Positions 51,965-62,580 of a stretch of DNA of 64,000 nucleotides are shown here, in pieces. The stretch's first letter is position 1. Every line of letters starts with the position of its first letter. The notes below the pieces were generated by a model, which ran no database searches, was not told the origin of the DNA, and saw nothing but the letters and a program-made list of their open reading frames with translations. The DNA is from Pecten maximus. Lineage: Eukaryota. A program made the position numbers and the translations under genes. The stretch is from contig NC_047015.1 of NCBI RefSeq assembly GCF_902652985.1, positions 17,732,001 to 17,796,000 of the forward strand. Reading direction: 5' to 3'.

Positions 51965-53076
51965 TGTCAATTTATCAAAAGAATTTAATGCATAAATCAA
52001 TATATATACAAGATATTTACAAACATTTTTAAAATGTAATGCAGAAAATCGCATAAAAAGTGTACTTGTAATATTAATATTCTAAAATAACAACCAGTTG
52101 GTTTTCTTACTTATTGCAAAGTGTTTCCCTATTACGGGTCGCCCTGAAAATAGGGCCCAGACAAAAATCCTTTTAATGATCAACCTAGACTTATTTGGAA
52201 CAAATATTTCAAAGTATGGAGAAATAAAATTGTAAAAGAATACAACTGGACAGCTCTTGACAGAAACCTTTGGCTAGTAGCCAGTCTTAGATCTAGGCAC
52301 TTAAAATTATTCTCTCTTAAAAAAAACAATGTAAAAAGTACTTTGGTCAAAGGCACGATGTGAAATACAGAGACAATTTATCAAAGTCCGTTGATAATAA
52401 ACAGTTCTAAAACTACAATAACTATGATCATTTTATTGTTGATGAGTATATGTAATATAAATAACAATGCAAAATGATTTTCTGAAGAAGGCACCCAGTG
52501 CTAGAGACTTCTGTCACCTTGTAGCACGTGATAGGTAAGCACCAATCATGTAAATTAACATCGAAGGATGACGAAAACAACAAAACATGATGACGTCACA
52601 TGTCAACACCGGTTACAAATGCTTCCATCAGAACGGGACTTTGGTTGGATACGTCAGACGGTGAGTATATAAGATGAGGACACATACCTCTCACAAACAT
52701 ACATATTTCTCTTTGAGACCTTCATATAGATAATAAATAGAGACATACAATGAAACTTGTTTGTAGAATATTTGTTGCGTAATGTATATACTCATCTGAC
52801 CTACTTTCACTTTGGACATCGAGCAGGTTGATTGTATATACTAATGGTAGCACAATATCGGGCACCTGTCCGTCAGACACTTGTGGTATTTCTGTCTAAT
52901 CGGTAGAAGAAAAAGTTATTGTGCACGTTCTCCGAACAAAATGATATCCAGTTTGTATAAAGCTTGCTCAGCACGAGATCACATCGTCACGTCACATACG
53001 TCACATACACAACAGTTCAGACACGTAGAACCAGTGACGGTCATGACCTAGCTGCACGTTCAAATGACATCACAAG
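51965..53076 (-). other. SoxE: Predicted SoxE 3'UTR (about 1.1 kb)
   Basis: AU-rich sequence after the stop. ATTAAA on the minus strand at 51984-51989 is followed by a U/GU-rich tract. An alternative AATAAA lies at 52432-52437. The 3' end is inferred. Confidence 0.55.
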
Positions 53077-53759
53077 TTACGTGAACCGATTCCATGTCTG
53101 ATCAGTTGGGACGGCGGCAGGGATAGGGTTGAACATTTGGCGGGACACACCCATGTATTGGTAGGGTTGGGCGGTGGTGCTAGCCGGAAGGAAGCCGTGC
53201 TGAGAGGTGAACTGACTCCCGTGGTGGTTACTGTCGTATCGTGGGGGAGGGGAAATGTTGTAAGTGTCAAATTGTCCCTGTGAGGAAGTCTGCGATTGAC
53301 GAGGGGCTGACCTGGCACCTAAAGGCTCTAGTTTGACGGTTGTCTGGTCGTCCTCGCCAATGTACTTGCAGGTGCCAGTGCTTCCTGTTGTATTTGGTTG
53401 GTATGAGGGGCTGTGCATGGGAGGAGACTGGGAGGAGGCGTTGGTAGCCGACTGTGGCGAGTGATTAGACAGATCGTATGGGGACGAAACGTCATTGTTT
53501 TGGGGCAGAGGGTAGGACGGCAGACACATGCCGGATGATGACACGCGATAGTTGGACGTCCAGGAGGACGAGGTGGTAGTCGAGGAGGAAGCTGTCCCGT
53601 AACAGGAAGTGTACTGTTCTGGCGCATGCGTACCAGGCATGTGGGATGCTGTAGTTGGTAGATATTGATCCAATTCATGGTCGTCGAAGTTGTCGATGGG
53701 AAGGACCATTTCTGAAGGATATGTATGTAAGTCCACACTCCGGAAGTCGATCGGATGTC
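53077..53759 (-). CDS. SoxE: SoxE coding exon 3: K2/TAM region, S/P/Q-rich linker and C-terminal transactivation region
   Basis: Acceptor ttttgtttaccag|GA CAT gives G-HPIDFRSVDL...NFDDHELDQYLP, compared with SOX9 PIDFRDVDI...FDVNEFDQYLP. Contains a VKLE sumoylation-type motif and ends QTWNRFT*. Joined CDS is 386+344+683=1413 nt = 470 aa plus stop. Confidence 0.93.
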
Positions 53760-54327
53760 CTGGTAAACAAAAGATCGCGAATTAGATATCTTTTCAAATG
53801 TACAATTATCAGAATGTTATTTTTTCAGAAGTACACATTAAGTAATCTTTAATGAGAATTTGTCCGGAAACATGATATACCTCAACTGACTATCATTGTC
53901 ACTAGCCCGGGCTAATGGGCTTGAATCCGACCTCTGTGGGGGTCACGCGCTAACAGAGACAATTAAAGCTCACAAAACCACTGAAAATCTGAATCTGTGT
54001 ATAACTTAGTAGTGTGAATAACTGGTGAGGTGGACCGCTATCTGGACACTCTATCTGTGTGTTGTGTAACAAACTATAGATAGAGATCTCCTGATAGTCT
54101 GTTACGGTCGGGTAACAGACAAGGTATGTATATCCTCTCCGGTATCGGGGCGGATTACAAACCACGGAAAGGTCTGGGGCTCATCGCCGTATAATACAGG
54201 ACTTAAAAACGGGTCAGATTCTTAAAATTAAATGAGTTTAACTAAATCCATGTATAATTAGTTCAGCTTGTGATGGATAGCATAACGGGTGTATCGACTA
54301 AGATTTTAGAGACAGGAAGTGACGTAC
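53760..54327 (-). other. SoxE: SoxE intron 2 (568 bp, GT-AG, phase 1)
   Basis: GTACGT donor and pyrimidine-rich ...TTTACCAG acceptor. The join restores the PIDF motif in frame. Confidence 0.88.
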
Positions 54328-54671
54328 CTGGCACATGTGGGCGATGACGTAGCCGGTCGGGCATACACTTGAGAGTAATAAGGTCGTGTTGGTTGGGTGT
54401 GGTGGGAGGAGTGGGTGGTCCATTTGGGTTGTGATTAGAGCAGTCACTACCAGAGTCTCCGTCACTGATGGCGGAGGGGGAGTGTTCATTCAGTCCTTTG
54501 AACATGAGTCCGGGGGGAACCTGTCCCCCTTCCGTCTGTCCACCACTAGCACTTTTCAGGGGCTTTCTGCGTCTTGGCTGGTACTTGTAGTCTGGATAGT
54601 CCTTCTTGTGCTGAACACGTAAGCGCTCTGCTTCATCCACGAATGGACGTTTCTCTTCTTCATTCAGAAGC
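54328..54671 (-). CDS. SoxE: SoxE coding exon 2: rest of the HMG box, C-terminal NLS and PPTPPTTP motif
   Basis: Acceptor tcttccacag|G CTT CTG completes [37 protein letters not shown]. Contains GPPTPPTTP. Ends at CCA G|GTACGT, a phase-1 donor. Length 344 nt, frame-compatible with both neighbouring exons. Confidence 0.95.
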
Positions 54672-54807
54672 CTGTGGAAGACAGAATGAGCGAATGATAA
54701 GTATGTGTTGGAAGGCAGGACGAGAGGGCTGCTTCGGCAACCAAATAAACACATTGCCCGACTTTTTTAGGTTTTAACTCATCACTCGATAGTAATACGG
54801 AAACAAC

Positions 54808-55382
54808 TTCAACCCAATGGTAGCAACAGTAACTTGGTCAACTCAATGGTAACGTCAACTCAATGGTAGCAACAGTAACTTAGTCAACCCAATAGTAGCA
54901 ACAGTAACTTAGTCAACTCAATGGTAACAACAGTAACTTGGTCAACTCAATGGTAGCAACAGTAACTTAGTCAACCCAATGGTAGCAACAGTAACTTAGT
55001 CAACTCAATGGTAGCAACAGTAACTTAGTCAACTCAATGGTAGCAACAGTAACTTAGTCAACTCAATGGTAACAACAGTAACTTAGTCAACTCAATAGTA
55101 GCAACAGTAACTTAGTCAACTCAATGGTAACAACAGTAACTTGGTCAACTCAATGGTAGCAACAGTAACTTAGTCAACTCAATGGTAGCAACAGTAACTT
55201 AGTCAACTCAATGGTAACAACAGTAACTTAGTCAACTCAATGGTAGCAACAGTAACTTAGTCAACTCAATGGTAGCAACAGTAACTTAGTCAACTCAATG
55301 GTAGCAACAGTAACTTAGTCAACTCAATGGTAGCAACAGTAAGTTAGTCAACTCAATGGTAGCAACAGTAACTTAGTCAACT
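54808..55382. repeat. Intronic minisatellite, 29-bp unit, about 19 copies
   Basis: Unit CAACTCAATGGTAGCAACAGTAACTTAGT, about 140 bp from the exon 2 acceptor. Confidence 0.96.
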
Positions 55383-56634
55383 GTATATAATGTATGTCGG
55401 ACAAAATACTACTTCCTTCTTTTGTATTTAATTTTTTCTTAAATATTCAGCCCTTGGATTTTACAGATTGAAGTATTATAATATCCTGTTTTACCAGTGT
55501 ACTATTAGGGTTAAACTGGAGCGTGAGCACGGGATCACGATATAGGCGACCACAGCGCCCCTAGGTACCTTAATAGGTTTACGAACAATAAAATCTTATT
55601 TGAAGGTGTGCAGCCCGAGCGGTAGACAGGTGTTTGGGTCCTGTAACTGTTTGTATGGGAGAAATGACAGCTAGTTTTCGGTTATTCTGACATATTAATT
55701 TATCTGCGTCCATTGTCGCTGGAACATTTAACTATCGTGTAAATAAATCTTGATTTCTCTTCGACATGAAAACATGGTTTTTACGAAACGTTACATTTCT
55801 TTGGGTGACGTGTTATCAGGTTTGAACTTGTTGGTAAAGAGTTGTCATTTAACGGGATTTATGTTCATGAAATACCTCAAACCAATTATAATGAAATAAA
55901 TTGCCTTTTATCACGAAGCGCTAAATCAGCCATCGTGGCAACGTCACACCACTAATAGCTCATTATTTTCTTAAAAACAACAACACGAAAGAAATCATTC
56001 AACTTACATCGCGACTGTCTAATTAATATATATTTAATGTGAATATCATCAATGCATAATCCTTCGCTCTTTTAATAATTAAAAATGGAAATTTCAGTGC
56101 AAAGTATCGATTTTAGAAAAAAAAATCACTGTTAATATTATTAGCAAATCGTAGCATACGCAGAATAGTGACGGTGTAACATGAGAGCCAGATATCACAA
56201 ATGTATGATAAAGGACGAACCGTGAATGAGCGACACTGCCTGTGTGTAATGTCGAGTGAATAATTCAGACGCTAAGCGGATCACCTGTAGGCGATATGAA
56301 TTATTCTGAAGATTCCGAAATACGGTTTGACCTCTCCATATTTTGTCAGCTCGGGATTATGTAATGATTTGTCGTTTGGTAAACTCTGGAGAAGACATCG
56401 ATCCGCGCTCGTGTATCAACGCCGCGCTGACAAGTGTCAAATGGTGACGTCACGGAATATATTTTACGTAGCGGGACACCAGTACACGGAACTTATATCC
56501 ATATCATTTCGACCAGAAAATCATAGTGAAGGGCGAAAAGGGTATCCAGCCATACTTCATGTAAGATGGGGAAGGCAGAGGACGTATGGAGGTGGGGCGG
56601 GGGCATGTCAATAAATTATACCAAAAACCGTTTG

Positions 56635-56669
56635 GTTTTTTTTTGGGGGGGGGGGGGGGGGGGGGGGGG
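56635..56669. repeat. Poly(T) followed by a poly(G) run of about 25 nt
   Basis: Homopolymer runs in SoxE intron 1. Confidence 0.9.
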
Positions 56670-59600
56670 ATCCAACTTCACTTTTCAAAGAAGTTGCACG
56701 CTGAGTGACAAGGCGCTGATGACTTTTTATGACCTTTGTGGTATATTGTCTCAATGCATGTCATACAACTCTTGTAAGAATAACAATTGTCTGATATGTC
56801 TTTTTTCGGAGTGAATATGGAGTACACCTCAGTACAGTGGATGACCGTGCCGGTGACAATAGGAGACTACCGAGAACGCCTCGGTATGTTGTGTGTGTTT
56901 TGTGTGTACACATCAACCCCCAGGTTAATTAACACACAACTCGATTATACACGCCACTTGCAATAGTTCAAAATCTTAAAACGACAAAAAAGCAAATATG
57001 GTGAATAGTTGTAGAGGTTAATTAGGTCGTTATCGATTGTTGTACTTGTCAACCTTGTGTCGCATTATCCGGCTGGTGTACCTGGGGCCAGGAGTCTGCA
57101 CTAGTCTAAAACGGAAACGACTGGACAACAATATTGTCTAAAACTGTTCTAATGTACTGACCGATGTCTATATCTGGTCATTTTCACACGCCTATCAAAA
57201 CTAGTGTGAATGACCTTGACAGTCTCTCATCAATCTTGGACAAGGACCATGTCGATAATGTGATGGATAGTATGTCTAGTGTTAGTATATCGCAGGCCCC
57301 TCGAGCGGCAGTCCCTACTCTGGGGTCCCAACTGGTCCCCGATTTCCGACCTGGGTAATAGTTATGTTATTGGGAGATAAACAGAAAGTGTATGTGTGTT
57401 TACATTTCCGTCGTCGGAACGCAATAAAGTTTCCAGTTCAAGCTTTCTCAATCCTTATCGTATTTCTCTCACCAATTTATTACTATTTTCTCGATAAAAA
57501 TTCATTTATTTCTTTAAAAAAAAAAAGGTTGAAGAGTTTAGTGGCTGTTTTTCCGAGTTTAAGTACGAGTGTAAACAAAGCGTATGTCAGAGCGACTTTG
57601 TGGACCAGTAACAAGGAAGAATAAATTTGGGCCATAGTGACGTATTTGGTGACGTCGGCGTGATTCACACGAACTAATGGCAGACCTGGGGCGGTCAGAC
57701 AGCCCTCGAGGACACCTGTCACTGGGTTTGTGACGAGCTTGTTTCGTGAATGAAAAATACCTGATCTTCAGCAGGAAAAAAAGCGATTTAGCAGAAATAA
57801 TGCAATGACAATATGAAGTAATGTTAACGCCGATGATTTGCCGTTATGAGAATTGTGTGCCGTTAGGGGTAATTAGACCACATATTCCATGTGTTTGTGT
57901 CGGCTCTTTACTAATGAGCGCCACCGCCATAGGTGTGAGGGCACTTTTGTGAATGGAGTTTAGCCTCCTAGCATAGAAGGCTAATTTCACGTTGTGACCG
58001 AAACAGTTTTTTGACACGCCTTCTCGCCAATTAGCTTCAAACATAATTGAAAATTTGTCACTTTTAGAGAAATAAATATTATAATTGTGTTTAAATGTTT
58101 GACTTCATTTCCTCAATACATATAAACCATTTCAGAAATTGTTAAGCACGCCTCTTTCCGATTTCATTCTATTCTCCCGTATTAGCGAGGACGAGTGTCG
58201 TAACGGGACACCATTGCCGATCTATCCCATACTTGTGTGGAGCTCGAAATGTCGCCTTGGCACCTGGTGCCCCGTATCCTGAATGCACATTTTGAGGACC
58301 ACTTGTCAGCAGGTTATAATCTTTAATTAAGAGATGGTCCGGGTCTGATTGCGCTAATCTGTTGTCCATCATCGTCTGTCCTGACAGTGTTTAGTGAAGC
58401 CCCGATAAGACCCGATCTAATTTGAGGGTGCTGTACCCGGGCCGTCCTGGGTAGGGTGTCCTCGGTCACCCCGCGTGCAATCACCAGCCCGGGACGGTGA
58501 TCCCACAGATAGCCCCACTTAATCATTTTAATCACTAGCGAGGCTTATACGCAGTTTACACACCTTATCGACCGTGAAAAGATTTTAACACTTTTCACAG
58601 GAAAAAAAACTTTGAAAGTAACCAAATGCTTTGTGATTTCCAATATAAATAATGTTACATTCCCCCATCCCCAACAAAATTTTAATATAACATTACAGCA
58701 AAACGACAATATCTTCATTATTCAATCATAGGCCCACAGTTCTATTTCGTATCGAATGTGAAATAACAATACGTTTTAATCGCGACAGAAGCTGGCAAAA
58801 AATTGTCGCACTTTATCGCTCAGGAAATGACTATTGGACTATGCGGACACACACTTGCAACAAGGATATGAAATTGCGAACAGGAATTTCCCCTGACTTG
58901 GAGCTTATCACTACCTCTCGAGAGAATTAGCGACATCGGAAACCCAGCTCCGACGGCACCCCTTGGCATGTACTGGGACACTTAAAACACAGGCGTCTTA
59001 AGTAGGACAACCACATGTGTCCTCGCTATTTAATTCACTTTATAATTAATGCAAAACAATTTAGACTCTATGATTTAGATATCAATATTAATCCGCCATC
59101 AAATCAGCATCTTGATATCATGTTTTATATTAAAAAAAAGTATAGATAATTAAAAAGTATTACTTCAATTAAAATAACACGCCAGTTTTAGATTTGTGCA
59201 AATTAATGTAATATGATTATACTACAATTTAACATATCACTGATACATTCTATCACTACTAATAATTTTTACGGTTAAAGGTATACAAATATTGTTTCGA
59301 ACGTTTTAAGACAAGATTAGCGCTTTACACATAAGTACCGGTAATGTATATTCAGGCTATTTTGGTTTGGCTAACTTTCGTTTGACGTCCTATGTTTGAG
59401 GGTGGGGCCAACAGTCCATCGGAATATCACTTTTTTTTATTAATCTTTAGCGGGTCACGTTAACTTTCGATTAGTTAATATTTATCCAGAATGTAAAAAT
59501 CTCGGGATCATTCTACTGCCTATAGTACATTTATTTTTTTTAATGATTAATAGTTTGAAATAAAATTAGCATATAATTTAATCACGAGAATTTATAGACG

Positions 59601-59996
59601 ACGCCTACCAATGTAACCGCGGCGATACCGTTGTCAGACCTGATCTAGTTCACACTATAACAGACACCTGTTGGATTTTAGACGCAAGTGGAAAAAAATG
59701 TCGAAAATGGAACATGGTGCAGTCAACATCACCCCACATCACCCCCCTCCTCCCCCGGGGTCTCCTTCCCCCTCTATCAGTCCCTGATATCGACCGACCC
59801 GGGATTTACGAGATTACACGACCAGTAATCCACGGAACGAGGAATGTGTCCCCCTCCCTACCGTCTATCCCTCCCCTTGATTCTCAGGTCGTCTCAACAT
59901 GCACGTCCCGACCTCGAGAGCAAACGTCGAAGTCGTCCTATGGGAAATATGTGCAACAGTGCCACAGCATGAAGCAGCGCTTGTGTTGACAACGCG

Positions 59997-60155
59997 AGAT
60001 AGTACTGAACACGAACCTCACACGAAATAGTACTGAACACGAACTTCACACGAAATAGTACTGAACATGAACCTCAAACTAAATAGTACTTAACACGAAC
60101 CTCAAACCAAATAGTACCTCACAAGAACCTCACACGAGAAAATAGTACTGAACAC
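59997..60155. repeat. Intronic tandem repeat, 28-bp unit, about 5.5 copies
   Basis: Unit AAATAGTACTGAACACGAACCTCACACG. Confidence 0.9.
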
Positions 60156-61820
60156 TATTGATGGTTAATTATTTAAAAACGCAAATTCATGATACTGGAT
60201 TTTTTTTCAATTTCAAAATTTGATGAACTATGAAGTAGAGAAGTTGTAGTTTAAGTGATATTAATTAGATTAATATATTGTTCATGAGGTGGAATGTTCG
60301 TGCAGTAAAAAAGATTTTTAAAGCCGTATCAAGATGTTTTCTGGATTATTGAAAAGTCAAGCAAGGATTTTTTTTGTCAAACTTTTAAAGGAGAATTACT
60401 TGCTTATATTTCTTAACAAAACTATATTAGATAAAAATTAAAGGTTATTAAAACAGACAAGGGAAAATACAAATTTTGGTGTAATAATATTTTAGGAAAC
60501 ATATAAGAAAAATATAGCTTCAAGAAAAATATAACGACTAGTTATGAAAGAAAAACTTTCACTTTTAACTGTTCAAAAAAATATTAGAAATGTGGAAACG
60601 TTTGAGTTCAGCAGCCCATTACCAGTTAGATAGGTAATAAGTCTATATATATGTCGCCGTGGACTGTTAATCAACAGGTATCTGTAATATACGGCGATGA
60701 AACCCATACAAAGCACTTCGGCTGACTACTCCATCAGAACAAACCAAGATTTTAGATACATATCATTGTCATCATCATCATTATTCATAAATTTGATGCC
60801 GTATAATATCTGTAAAATGTTCATTGAATCATGCATGACAAGTCACAGAATCAGGTACGTAACAATGCAATGATAGGCAAGTTTGATGGTGGAAGATAGC
60901 AAGCATCAATAATGGTCACGCGCGACTGCCCATTCAGGTAACACTCGGATACCCTCTAATGAGTGTCTATCCTCCATCACATCTGTCGCGGATTTTATTC
61001 AGATTATCAAGTATAATCTTGCCATCAATTTCCGTAGCTGTTCGCTTGTTTTTTTCATTTAATTAAATTAACTCGTGTGTCGTCAAATTAGCAAATACAA
61101 ACGTAACTATCTGTTAATGTCAGTCCGTTTGTACCAAATACCAAACTAACGGAGGTGTGTCGTTAGGGACATGTCGGAGAGGACGTGTCGGGTAAGGACG
61201 TGTCAGAGAGGATGAATCGGGTAGGAAACTTGGTGCGATGCGATAAACCTACATAATTATATTATTACACAGATGCTGACTCGAGAAAATTTCATTTCAT
61301 TAGCGGTATTATTTTCGTCTCCATTGCGTATTTATTCAATTTATAATATATATATATATATCTAGTGCTAACAGTGATTTGAATATTTGTCATCCGTTAT
61401 AGTGTCTATGAAATATTTCAGAGTACAATAATATATTGAATTATGTTATAATTATTGTATAGTTATGTGAACTTGAAGTGTAATCCCAAATACCAACCAG
61501 ATATCTTTTACCCACAAACTAAGTTGTCCCCTTAAAGGTACGGCTGTCTTTAGATATCACCAGGATTTCGTCTGATTTTAATTTAGTGTCACTAGAAACA
61601 CGGAAGTTTTTTCCAAAATTCTGGCAACGATTTTGTCCGAAAAAAAAATACTGAAAACTATTTTAGTTAATACATTGTTGTTAGGTGCAATATATCGGAA
61701 ATCTTCCGCAGTTATCAGACTACCTCGATAGGTGATTATATATATATAATAAATGGTCTGACAAGGTGATTTAATATTAAATAATTGATCTAACAATATC
61801 CCCCAGCTTCGTGGACCTAC

Positions 61821-62206
61821 CTCCAAAGTTTTCCCAGGGTCTTGCTAAGTTCGGCGTTGTGTAGATGCGGGTACTGGTCGGCCAGCTTCCTACGTGCGGC
61901 CTGAGCCCACACCATGAAGGCGTTCATAGGTCTCTTGATGTGAGGTTTCCTCTTCTCGCCGTTGGGACCCCTTTGGGGCATGGGTACTAGGGACCAGTCA
62001 TAGCCCTTCAGGACTTGGGACACAGCATCCTGAATCTGTTTGGGAAATTTATCTACGTTCAGTCCCTGTGCGCTAAGTTCGGCTGGGTTAAGTTTGCTAT
62101 CGTCTTGATGGAGGAGACCAGCTCCGGCCCCCCGGACAGCGTCCAGAAGTTGTTCCGTGGACGGCTGCTCCAAAGGGGATCCGCGGCTCTCATCAGAGTC
62201 ACTCAT
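61821..62206 (-). CDS. SoxE: SoxE (Sox9-like) coding exon 1: N-terminus, SoxE dimerization domain and first part of the HMG box
   Basis: Encodes [26 protein letters not shown] (SoxE dimerization motif) and [42 protein letters not shown]. Ends at TGG AG|GTAGG, a phase-2 GT donor at the same HMG position as in vertebrate SoxE genes. Confidence 0.97.
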
Positions 62207-62329
62207 TGTGTTAAGTAATTAATCCGAGTTAATCCTGTGCAGTGTTTAACCACCTTGGAACACTATCAGTCTCACACTGTATGTTTATGTAGCTTGTTAT
62301 AATATTGTCCTGTTCCTTGTCATCTCACA

Positions 62330-62580
62330 AACACAATAATTGTTTGAAGGCTTTACGTACGATATAAGCTCACCGTCGGGGACTTGACATGCCGGCTCAA
62401 GTGACAGACCACGCCCCCTCCGCTCGAGACGTGACGCACAGAGCATCCTACCAGCCAATCAACGCTTGCGATAGCGAATCATAAAACACACTTGCTAATT
62501 CTGACATCACAATTAACGTAGCTCACCTAATAGTGTTTTTATTTGAAAACAAAAGGACACATCGCAATTTTCATTGGTCG
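62330..62580 (-). promoter_or_regulatory. SoxE proximal promoter candidate
   Basis: Within about 370 bp upstream of the ATG: weak TATA-like CTTATATC (about 62361-62368, minus), Sp/KLF box CCACGCCCCC (62409-62418), CRE-like GTGACGCA (62431-62438), NF-Y box AGCCAATCA (62453-62461) and a second CCAAT (62573-62577). Confidence 0.6.

Larger units (their letters stand above)
54672..61820 (-). other. SoxE: SoxE intron 1 (7149 bp, GT-AG, phase 2)
   Basis: Defined by the donor and acceptor that join the two halves of the HMG box in frame. Confidence 0.93.

Noticed and set aside
54672-54754. N-terminal part of ORF 54263-54754 (MCLFG...) and its C-terminal read-through as coding sequence
   Set aside because: These are intronic extensions beyond the splice sites that define SoxE exon 2.
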